Assembly (NCBI RefSeq): GCF_006345805.1
Contig: NC_043017.1
Coordinates: 30,690,001-30,754,000 of the forward strand
Length of the DNA: 64,000 bases
Source of the DNA: Octopus sinensis
Taxonomy: Eukaryota
Direction of reading: 5' to 3'
The notes below the pieces were generated by a model. That model was not told the DNA's origin. It ran no database searches and was given only the letters and a program-made list of their open reading frames with translations. The position numbers and the translations under genes are program-made. The number at the start of each line of letters is the position of its first letter. The first letter of the stretch is position 1. Positions 52,601-64,000 of this stretch are shown here, in pieces.

Positions 52601-52686
52601 AGTCTGATCGCACAAACGGCAAATCTATTATCGAAGACGTTCCATTTCACCGAGTTTGTAGCAGCAATTGCATTATCCAGTAAGTC

Positions 52687-52752
52687 GTTTCCATATTGAG
52701 ACGTTTCCATATTGAGACATTTCCATATTGAGATGTTTCCATATTGAAACGT
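52687..52752. repeat. 16-bp minisatellite, 4 copies
   Basis: GTTTCCATATTGAGAC repeated four times with single changes. Confidence 0.9.
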
Positions 52753-52754
52753 CA

Positions 52755-53156
52755 CTGGAGTAGCATTTGGACTGGAAGCACTCCGTCGGTTACGACAACT
52801 AGGGTTCCGGTTGATCCGATCAACGGAACAGCCTGCTCGTGATATTAACGTGTAAGTGGCTGAGCACTCCACAGACACGTGTACCCTTAACGTAGTTCTC
52901 GAGGATATTCAGCGTGACACAGAGAGTGACAAGGCCGGCCCTTTGAAATACAAACACAACAGAAACAGGAAGTAAGAGTGAAAGAACATTGTGGTGAAAG
53001 AGTACAGCGGGGATCACCAACCATACCTGCCGGAGCCTCGTGGAGCTTTAGGTGCTTTCGCTCAATAAACACTCACAACGCCTGGTCTGGGAATCGAAAC
53101 CGCGATCCAACGACCGCGAGTCCGCTGCCCTAACCACTGGGCCATTGCGCCTCCAC
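52755..53156 (-). mobile_element. SINE family D, longer variant
   Basis: Reverse homolog of the 49352 head with a different 3' body. Confidence 0.8.
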
Positions 53157-53649
53157 TAGTATTTAGGTCTTATAACTTGTACATTGGTCCACCACAAAAA
53201 ATCTTCTACATTTCATCGTAAACTAAGTGCGGTGGATGCTGCTGACAAAATATTGTTTAGGACTGAAAGTCAGAATTTAGATACATCACCATAAATCCTG
53301 TTAGTGTCGAAAATAATATATTTCCTTATAATTATGATAAAACCTGAAATAAATTGTGATGATACAGTCTTCATATTTACTCATATTTACAAAAAGAAAT
53401 GTCTAATATCACACGATTTAAAGATTAAAATATGACCCGTGATTTTTCTCGAGAAAGGAGGGCTTACACACTTGTAGATATCCAGGTGATTATCATAAAA
53501 AGTATATTAGAAACTGAACATATAGCAATCTTCAACGACAGACGTGCTGTATCATCTAGCTTAATACAACTAACTGGTACTTCGGGTGCATCTGACAGAA
53601 TTCATTTGTTTCATCGTTCTCATTATCCGCTCATCGCCATCAGTCATCG

Positions 53650-54012
53650 CTCATTCTCGCTCACAACATCATAAGCGGAAAGTGTAACCTCTCGAAAGAG
53701 CTGTTCTTCACTCATGCACCTGAGCGTCGGCCGCGGGGTCATTCCGAAAAGCTCTATCTGTGATGATTTCATCTCAATCGAAGGAGAGGAGCTTTCTCCG
53801 TCCGGGTTGCGAATCCGTGGAACAAGCTGCCAGACGAGATGGTGAAGATGCCGACGACCGCTTTGTTCAAAGTTTCCCTTGACCTCAAGTGGCTTGAACT
53901 CTTTACACGAACACTACCCTGTACATAACTCCATGTCCCCCTACATGGCCTTGCTTTTTGCGTTTGAGCCAAAAAATTAACTAACTAACTAACTAACTCA
54001 CTAACTAACTAA
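53650..54012 (+). mobile_element. CR1-clade LINE 3' end with (CTAA)n tail
   Basis: Reads RGHSEKLYL..RRRGAFSVRVANPWNKLPDEMVKMPTTALFKVSLD, a typical CR1 ORF2 C-terminus. Confidence 0.8.
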
Positions 54013-54252
54013 TGTTTTTTTGATGCTGGCCATCCTCAACTGAGAATGTCACTGAAAAATATTTAAATGAATCCCTCACTTCAATTTTGCGCTTTCGTAT
54101 AGCTCATTATTACAAAGGGATCATACGCATCCAAGTTAAGAGGTCATTCAAACCTAATGGCCAACGAATAATTTCGTTCCTTCTTTCTGACAATGTTTAT
54201 TTATTGATGTATGTAAATATTCAGGTATCGTGTGCCTGTATCTTTGTATTTA

Positions 54253-54304
<52 letters not shown>

Positions 54305-54602
54305 TAAATACAAAGATACAGGCACACGATACCTGAATATTTACATACATCAATAAATAAACATTGTCAGAAAGAAGGAACGAAATTATTCGTTGGCCAT
54401 TAGGTTTGAATGACCTCTTAACTTGGATGCGTATGATCCCTTGTAATAATGAGCTATACGAAAGCAAAAAATTGAAGTGAGGGATTCATTTAAATATTTT
54501 TCAGTGACATTCTCAGTTGAGGATGGCCAGCATCAAAAAAACATTAGTTAGTTAGTGAGTTAGTTAGTTAGTTAGTTAATTTTTTGGCTCAAACGCAAAA
54601 AG

Positions 54603-54605
<3 letters not shown>
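53951..54605. repeat. 655-bp near-perfect palindrome centred on (TA)n
   Basis: Arms mirror around ~54279; the mirrored ORFs 54087+ and 54201- encode the same peptide. Confidence 0.9.
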
Positions 54606-54652
<47 letters not shown>

Positions 54653-54657
<5 letters not shown>

Positions 54658-54866
54658 TAATCCAAACATAAAAACACAAAGAGAAAACAAGACAACGCGA
54701 GGACGTGGAACAAGTATAGGGTTATTGGACGCTGAGACAAGAAAGAAAGAAAGAGGATTTAACGTTTCGAGCGGAATTCCTCGGCAGAAACATAGGAAAA
54801 GGAAAGATCCAAGGAAGGGAAGACGGAGGGAAAAAAAGCGCCAACGGTACACACGCGGTCACATTC
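54653..54866 (-). mobile_element. Penelope-like pLTR fragment (family P1) with a degenerate HHR at 54757-54791
   Basis: Minus strand: GTTT-CTGCCGA-G-GAATTCCGCTC-GAAA-CG-TT-AAAT; (TA)n on both sides. Confidence 0.65.
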
Positions 54867-54875
54867 ATATGTATA

Positions 54876-54923
<48 letters not shown>

Positions 54924-55341
54924 TTCATGCCCCACACACACTGATGCACACACACGGCCGCACGCACACACCGTTTCAATGACATCACTCTGTATTCAGT
55001 ACTTAAGCTGCTATTTAAAGAAGAAAAGTCACATATGATAGAATGATTTCCGACAAATTATACTTCACTGTAAGCTTAACCAACCCTGAATCACAGTTGA
55101 TCAGAAGTATGCTCAAACAGGTTCCATTTGGGGCTAAATAAGAATATTATAGATAATCCCACCAATTTTGCATGAAATTTCTGAAACTTTTTTATCCCAG
55201 CACACGACCTTTTTATCTTTGAATTATTCCAACTTGCTTTTCAGGAAGAGCGAACGCCCTTCAGATTGGGGAATTCAGCCTCGTTAGTAATGTATAAATT
55301 TAGGAAATAAAATTTCTTACTATACAATCTAATTACTGGTC

Positions 55342-55449
55342 TAGGCACAAGTGTGGCTGTGTGGTAAGAAGTTTGCTTCCCTACCCAAGGGTGTGCATTG
55401 TGTCTGACAGTCTGGCACTTTGGCAGACGGAAACTGAAAGAAGCCCGTC

Positions 55450-55499
<50 letters not shown>

Positions 55500-55676
55500 G
55501 TCGCTAAGTTAGCCGTTCCCTAATTTAGCGGTTCTGTATCAGAGACAGATAGAATAAGTGCCAAGTTTAAAAAAAAAAGAATTAATGTGACCGATTCGTG
55601 CGGCTAAAATTTCCTGAAGGTGATGCCCCAGCATGGCCGCCATCTAATTGAAGGAAACAAATAATAGATAAAATAG
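55342..55676 (+). mobile_element. Degenerate SINE family A
   Basis: Head, internal (TA)n and tail homologous to family A. Confidence 0.7.
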
Positions 55677-57703
55677 ACTTTTATCCTTTTAATAGCATGT
55701 CTGTGTTGAGCGAACCGAACTAGGATAACCGGTTGATAAGTCTGATATTACATATCCAGACAAACCATTATTGGGTTTCGTAAGACGGCTAAAATCTATC
55801 TTCAGACGAATTTTACTCTGAGAAAATATCTGCTGAATTACAGAAAAAAAAATGTACACTTTCATTTTCTGTCGAACATTGAAGACCGTTAAATGCAGAT
55901 ATCACATAATTAAATAGAAAACAAGAGAAACATCAAGTAAAAAAAATATATATATATTACACAATCGATGCCACACACTTTCCTCTCATTGTTTCATACT
56001 TCAATGAATTACAAAGACTTATATGGATTCTTTATGATTTTCTTATGTTGTTCTTTTATCAGTTTCAGCCCGTAGCATCACTTTATAAGTTGACAAATCG
56101 AAGAAAGTAATTAAGTATAGTGTGTAAGTAACAGTCATCAAATCGTAAGTGGAAACCTGGGGATAAGAGGAAAATCTCATTATTTTTTTTCTTTCTCATC
56201 AATTTGTTGTTCATTTCGCAATGATTGTGAATGAGGTGCAGAGAGAGAAATCTGTAGCGCATCGAAGTACAATGTCATTGTCAATGATTTAGTTGTAACT
56301 CTTAACGTTTTAAATTTAACACCCAGCATTTCATCCTTAAGGAGTCGGTGAAATGTGCACAGGAGTCGAGCTGTAAAATGACCTTGCAATACGGAAGTTG
56401 AGTTGATAACAGGACAGATCACATGAGAGACAACATTTCAGGTTATAACTGATTATTTTGCATTATGATATAGAAACCTGTAACGTAAAATAGAATAGAA
56501 TATCCAAGGAGCCACCTGCGTGGGGACTTTGGCCAGTGTCTTCTCGTATAGCCTCAAATTGACCAAAACCATATGAGTGGATTTGTTCGCAGGAAAATGA
56601 AAGAAACATTTCTACATGCTGCGTTGAATACAATAGTTTTTCGCCTGGTATGTTGTTTTTGCTCATTCATTATATATCTTGAATTATGCTTGCACTGAGG
56701 AGTAAAAAAGTATATACCACTGCTCTGATTATGAAATCAGACTGTGATATGCTGCTGAATTCTGTTTTTAAATGACTTGCTTCAAGAGTTGGCTTCAGTA
56801 CGATATGTTTATCATAGTAGTTTTGACTTCAAGAGTCCCTCCTAGCGTGTGGCATTTATGTGTAACAATGCCCTCTATATAATATAAATATATATATATA
56901 TATTGGCCTGCTCGCTTAGCCAGCGGGGTGGCGTCATTTGAAGTTTAAAACAATGCGAAGCGCATTGTGACCAGCGATGTGTAGAAACATCTGATAGCCT
57001 GGTGATCATGGTGATATATATGTATATATACATTCAGGGAGAGACAGAGGGTGAGAGAGAAAGAGATGGCAAGAGTCCGCTCCAGGTCGCAATATATAGG
57101 AAGCAAAGTGACCAGTTGTCACAGATTTGCACCACAGAAGTTGTCAGAAAATCTCAACAAGAGATAAGAGCAGTAAGTATACTCACAAGGAAAGTTAATC
57201 TCTACATCAATATGGCTGTTCGACGGTACTACTGTTTCAAGTATATGCCTGGGATTAAAATGCTCTCTAGCGACCAGCTGTGCGAAAGAGAACCGATCTC
57301 GCAATCCCGTCGTCTACTGCAGGGTGATAGAGATGCAGTCTTCTGCTAGCAATAGATAAGCAAGATAGAAGCTGCATTTATACCTAGCTGGCAGAAGATG
57401 TGCCTAGGGTTAAAATAGGAGCAACAAAGAATAGGCCAACTGATGTGGCGGCTAACTTTACTTGTCAGTATAGTTACTACTACCATCTCTTATTGTGATG
57501 TTCTAACACACGCACACATACACACACATATATATGTAGGTATGTGCGTGTCTGTTTAGGTCTGTAAATATAAATATATTTCATATATATAAATATAGTT
57601 GAGTCCTGATTAAAATAGGCATGACTACAAGAACGAATGCAATAATTCAATAATGATAACTAACAGAACATCTATGTACTTCTGACGTCTTTTATAGTTT
57701 GTA

Positions 57704-58096
57704 CTAGCAGTATCGCCCGGCGTTGCTCGGATTTGTAAGGAAATAACTATATAAGCATTTTTAGAGATGTAAAGTATAATAGCCATCTCAATATGGCTAA
57801 CCACAAAGGGAGGTGTTACTGTAGATTTTTACGTTCTGAGATTTAATAATACATTTTTAGAGAGTTACTTCCATTATATATGCCAAAAATGCATTAAAAA
57901 TCGAAAAAATTGATGGTGATTTTTTTAAAAATCGTAGACTCATCGTAGACGCGCGCTAATACTCAGAAGGGCTCGATATGAATCACGACTATAAGATACA
58001 AGGTTTTGGTTAAACCGCACCGCAAAATGTGGGAGTAGTTAGGATTCTAAATCGTAGGAGACAGACAGCACACAACCTCAAATTTATATATAAAGA
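57704..58096 (-). mobile_element. Non-autonomous Helitron
   Basis: Reverse homolog of 26336-26733; A|T insertion site. Confidence 0.85.
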
Positions 58097-58435
58097 TATC
58101 AGCTACTTACGAATTTCTACTAATGAATATGTCTTTTTGTATGAAACAAATTGTATAGCAAAATGAAAAATAACAAACTATAATCCATTTAAACGTCTAA
58201 TCTCCTCCATTACATAAATATGAATGAAGTTGCTCGGCTGTGTTTAATGAGTTAAATGATATACTGTTTATTTTTATATTAGTTTTCAGACATATACGAA
58301 TTTCTATAAATAGATTAAAAAGTAAAGTATGACGAAAATACATTAGAAATCTTTGGAAATGATTTCAATTACAAGACGGAATCGCATTCATCCGATAAAA
58401 AAGTTTACATAATATATAAATATATATAAATATAA

Positions 58436-58484
<49 letters not shown>

Positions 58485-58582
58485 ATATTTATATATATAT
58501 ATATACATATATATGTATATGTACATATGTATGTGTATATATATATTTATATATTTATGTACATATTATATATTTATGTACA

Positions 58583-58625
<43 letters not shown>

Positions 58626-58792
58626 TAAATATAAATATATATATATATTATATATATATATATGTATATATATAAAAATATTCCTATATATTTATATATT
58701 GCATATATATGCATATATATATATATATATATATATTCATATATGCATATGTATATATATCATATATATATATACATACATATATACATACT

Positions 58793-58841
<49 letters not shown>

Positions 58842-59136
58842 CTCTTACCCTTTCTTATACTTCTGGCACTCAGTTTAGAATGGCCTTTCTGGAACACCGT
58901 AAGAGTTGACCCTTGTATTGATATCGTATCAACACAAGTACGTATGGGATCAGTCAATTATGATGAGCCGATAAGTAAACGGGAACGTACGTAGACTAAC
59001 AGCAGTGTGAAGCGACGTAGGCAAGCAAACACAAACAGAAAAACACACACTCACACATATACATACATTCATACATACATACATACATATATACATTCAT
59101 TCATATATTTATACTTGTATATATATTTCTATAGAT

Positions 59137-59502
59137 AGGCACAGGTGTGGCTCTGTGGTAAGAAGCTTGTTTCCCAACTACATCGTTCCGTGTTCAGTCC
59201 CACTGCGTAACACCTGTGGCAACTGCTTCTACTATAGCCTAGGGCTGTCCAAAGCCTTCTGAGGGAATTTTGTAGACGGAAACTGAAAGAAGCGCGTGGT
59301 ATATACATATATGTGTGTATTTATTATTTATCTCTGTAGTTCTCCCCTACCATGTTGGTATGGTTACGTCCTCGTAACATTTTGGTTCGGCATCGTATAA
59401 CCTTACAAAGTATACGTTCTGGAGTCTATTTGTTCAACTAAAGACGGTACTCCAGCATGGCCGCAATCACATGACTGAAACAAGCAAAAGAATAAAATAA
59501 TA
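59137..59502 (+). mobile_element. SINE family A, diverged
   Basis: Homolog of 1046-1441. Confidence 0.75.
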
Positions 59503-59639
59503 AGATATATAAGCAAATTTAACGTATATCCACAAATATGTGTGTGCGAGGGTCTATATAGCAGAAGACACAAGGTTAATCCTGTTGGAATTTTGAAATC
59601 AAAAACACCTCCGTAATTAAGTCTACATTTCTTTATTAT

Positions 59640-60020
59640 CAATCATCATCATCATCGTTCAACCGTGGTCGAACCAATGGAATTTACCATGCTACGCCAG
59701 ACTTCACGGTCCATCTTGGCATTACGGAGGTCCTGTTGCTGGATGCCTGTATCCCTGGAGATTACATCAGGGTAGGAGAGTGTGCGCCCTCTGGTATTGC
59801 GAGTAGATGGCTTCCAGAGGAGAAGAGTAGAAATTACTTCTTTTTCAGCTCTACAACAATGTCCAGCAAACTGGACTCTCTTACCTTTCACAAGAGATGA
59901 CACAGGTGGTAGTTTCCCATATATTTGCATTTTGGTTGGATGACGCTTCCACGAGAGATTTTGAGCTCTCATAAGGAGGCGAGTGTAGGTTCAATCCAGC
60001 CGCCTCTCAAGCTTCTCAAT
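59640..60020 (-). mobile_element. RTE/RTE-X LINE 3' end with (TGA)n tail
   Basis: RAQNLSWKRHPTKMQIYGKLPPVS...KRVQFAGHCCR...LLWKP...MDREVWR. Confidence 0.8.
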
Positions 60021-60539
60021 AACCTTCAAACAATTCTGATTTACTATATACATGCCCCAAAACTCATAGCAAATAAACATTTTCAGAAGGCAATTGCCTA
60101 TGAAAGAATGAATGAAAAAAATATTCTAAAAATACCAGCATCAGAAACACGCGTCAAGCAGGCGTACAAATCTGTGTATTACGGTGTGAAACAGATTATC
60201 CGGATGTTAGGTTCTTTAGTAAATTCACATTGTGTATATAATTCAGTTATCTGCACATTTCTCTTTTTTTACGTTAACGTAACACGAATGTGGTACGAAA
60301 AGAATATGCGCAAAGATAAAAGACACATGTGATCTATATTTACTTCTTAATAATGTTTCAAAAAGAGAAAACAGATCGTAAATTTAAAATACTTTCTTTA
60401 TTTTTAAATCACTGATAAATTGTCAGAAAAAAAAATTCATTTCAAATCAACATGTATTATTGTTTATGATATTTCCCTCGCTTATCATTCTCTCTGTCAC
60501 TCTGTCTGTCTACCTGTCTCACTCTGTCTCTCATTATCT

Positions 60540-60930
<391 letters not shown>

Positions 60931-61242
60931 TGACACATATGATTATCCATATAAATATTTATAACCTTATTTCTATTAGTCTATCTGTGTGTATGTATAT
61001 ATCTCAATACCTCTTCTAGCATGAATATCTCTTCTAAAGATGTGAATTTGCAATTGTTGTTTATATAATCTATGGATTGAGCGTTAATTTCGATTCATTA
61101 CAAATAGAACGCATACATTCTAAGAGCGCACGCGTGCAGTGCACACAAACACACACACACACACAGACTCAAACACGCAGTAATATTCGTGAGTGTGGGT
61201 GGGTATAGATAGATACATACATACACACATAAATACGAAAAC

Positions 61243-61276
<34 letters not shown>

Positions 61277-62011
61277 CAGGGTCCCACGTAATCCAGGATT
61301 GGGTCACAAGTATATATGATCATGGGCCATACGATCTAAATACATCAGGCAATCGTTATTCTACCAATTATATACGTTTTTATTATTTTTTGTAATTTAC
61401 TTAATCATTGACTTTTTTATTGTTACTTTAATTTTAATATTTCTATTATATGTAATTTTCAAGATGGTGTAATTTAATTGTTCATTTTGAATTGATAAAA
61501 GGTGGTTCTTTTCTAGTTTTATATATATATATATATATTGTGACGTATATTTGCCATATAAATATGGCTAACCCATAAGGGTGGATGCTACTGTAGTTTG
61601 TAGCCCCAGGAGGACACCTCCTCCAGCTGGCTCTAGACACACTTTCTGTGCCCTATCATATAAATACAGCTGCTTTCGCCTCTAAGAGCAGTTGTATATA
61701 CGAAACTTGACTACGTCGTAGAGCTATAAAAGTAGATAAATAATGTTTTTCCGGACATCAGAAACAAGCTTTTCTCTTCCATTATGTATATGCTTTCCGT
61801 CAGCCGTTTGAACCGACAAATAAATTGTCAGGAAGACTAGATATAGATATATGCTATCGTTCGATGTAAAGACATAGGGCAGATTTTAATTTGCTTGTCT
61901 TTTTCAGTGAATATGTTACAATGTTGATGAAATGAATATTGCTTCGAAAGTTTAGCGCAAGGCCAGCAGTTACGTAAGAAGAGATTAAGGGATCACATGG
62001 ACCCAAGTGTT

Positions 62012-62424
62012 AGATCTTTTCGGTTTGAACGACAGTTTGTAACATAATTTCTAGCTAACCAAAAAATTTTAAACTTCGTATAGTGGTAGAATGTGTTAAT
62101 AAAACATCTTTTTCTCTTGCCTTCATTGAGAAAATTCTATAGTTTGTAAGATATTTGTTGTTTTTTTTTTCTTCAATTTATGCAATTTCAACCAATCATT
62201 GACGTCCATTGAGACAAAAAAAACATTCTGTGCCGTATGAATATGTCCCTTGTTTAAGAAACAGATTGGGTTTATTTACATTTGTGAAGAAAAAAAGATA
62301 CCCTTCCCCCCACTAACCCTAAAACAGATTGAAATGCAATAGATCGATACTAGGGTCATAATTATGGGTGACAATTTTATATGACACCGCTAGAAAAAAA
62401 CTGCCGTTGAAACCGAAAAGGTTT
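62012..62424 (-). mobile_element. Second copy of the TTAGGG MITE, 8-bp TSD, nested in an old SINE-B
   Basis: CAAGTGTT at 62004-62011 and 62425-62432; reverse homolog of 12386-12814. Confidence 0.8.
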
Positions 62425-63100
62425 CAAGTGTTTAATTGGTACTTAGGGATGAACTGTAAATTCAATCACGATGGAATTTGAACCCAGGAGAAAAGACATG
62501 GAGTGCCACTAAGCATTTTGTCTGACTTGGTAACGATTCTACCAGCTCACCGTTTAAATCCAATCAATATTTAGTAATTTTGAAGCATCATTTGTGGGCA
62601 ATGTCGTTTCACTTTATGCAACAAATGCAGGACACTACCCCCAGACACTGAGGAATATTATACATTTCCAATGATTTATAGTATCAATGCTTTGGAGAGA
62701 TCTGACCTTTGTTCAGGTTTAGATACGGAGGAGGTTTTAGGATATTTATTGCATCATATCGATACAAGAGCATATTTACATAATCGGATCGGTATACTAT
62801 ATGTTACGTTGGGCTGTTATAATGCAATACATTGTACGACTAATATATAAAAATGTAAAACTGTAGTTCACAGAACGGACATTGATTTTTAGACGATTGT
62901 AAATATAATAAGCGAGCACATACATACAGACTCATACATATGTGTGTACATGTGTTGGTATTAATGCATATGTATGTATATACATACACGTGAATTGTAT
63001 ACATTCACACACACATACATACGTATATACATATATATATAGATATATATATAATATATATATATATAGATATATATATAATATATATGTATATATATAT

Positions 63101-63552
<452 letters not shown>

Positions 63553-63917
63553 GTGTGTGTGTGTAGGGAGAGTTTACGAAATAACCAAAAGAAGAAGACA
63601 GGTGGTGTACAAAACAAACAGATGTATTAGTATAACGCTCAGGAATAGAAAAAAAACATATATATATATATGTTTGAGCATACATGCATACATACATGCA
63701 ATAAATTAATAGTTATAAAGTATATTGCTAACGTCTATTTTACACTCTGCTCATATTATATGAAATATTCTGCAATGAAATGTATTCATATGATACTTAT
63801 ATCAAAACTCCAAATCATACACAATGTTTCGCCATGCAAGATTATATTTTTCAGAATTGGAGCCGTAAATATATTCACGACTTAACCAAAATAAAATATG
63901 TAACTATAGATGATCTT

Positions 63918-64000
63918 GTGGAGGCACATAGCCTAGTGGTTAGAGCAGCGGACTCGTGGTCGAGGGATGGCGGGTTCGATTCTCAGACCGGGTGATGTGT
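63918..64000 (+). mobile_element. SINE family D head, cut by the window edge
   Basis: GTGGAGGCACATAGCCTAGTGGTTAGAGCAGCGGACTC...GGTTCGATTC. Confidence 0.8.

Noticed and set aside
52687-52752. Short direct repeats starting GTTTC, superficially CRISPR-like
   Set aside because: No spacers; a plain 16-bp minisatellite.
54087-54467. Two identical ORFs on opposite strands
   Set aside because: A consequence of the palindrome, with no protein-family signal.
61539-61760. TG...CA bounded block as a solo LTR
   Set aside because: No TSD and no second copy or internal domain in the window.
63918-64000. tRNA-like sequences at SINE heads
   Set aside because: They have A/B boxes but no complete cloverleaf and continue into multicopy SINE bodies.

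Overview
AT-rich, microsatellite-dense animal DNA. No host protein-coding exon can be supported. The repeat content (four tRNA-headed SINE families, RTE and CR1 LINE ends, mariner/maT/pogo relics, non-autonomous Helitrons, MITEs) strongly suggests a cephalopod, probably Octopus; this is inferred from repeat style, not from a database search. The main signal is a set of short elements embedded in (TA)n tracts. Several are fold-backs (inverted arm, spacer, arm, unique extension), and several carry minimal type-I hammerhead ribozyme (HHR) motifs with a palindromic stem III, a hallmark of Penelope-like retroelement pseudo-LTRs. About six distinct HHR sequence families are visible. Between them the core 3-8 tertiary pair appears as C-G, U-A and G-C, and a U4C core recurs in two families. 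Secondary signals: one SINE family inserts at (G/A/T)GTAT and builds self-arrays; a SINE and an unknown element share a covarying 3' stem-loop; a Merlin-like MITE carries TTAGGG repeats; a structured RTE-type 5'UTR; and a 655-bp near-perfect palindrome that may be an assembly artefact. There is a 100-N gap at 5643-5742. All coordinates and folds were read by eye.
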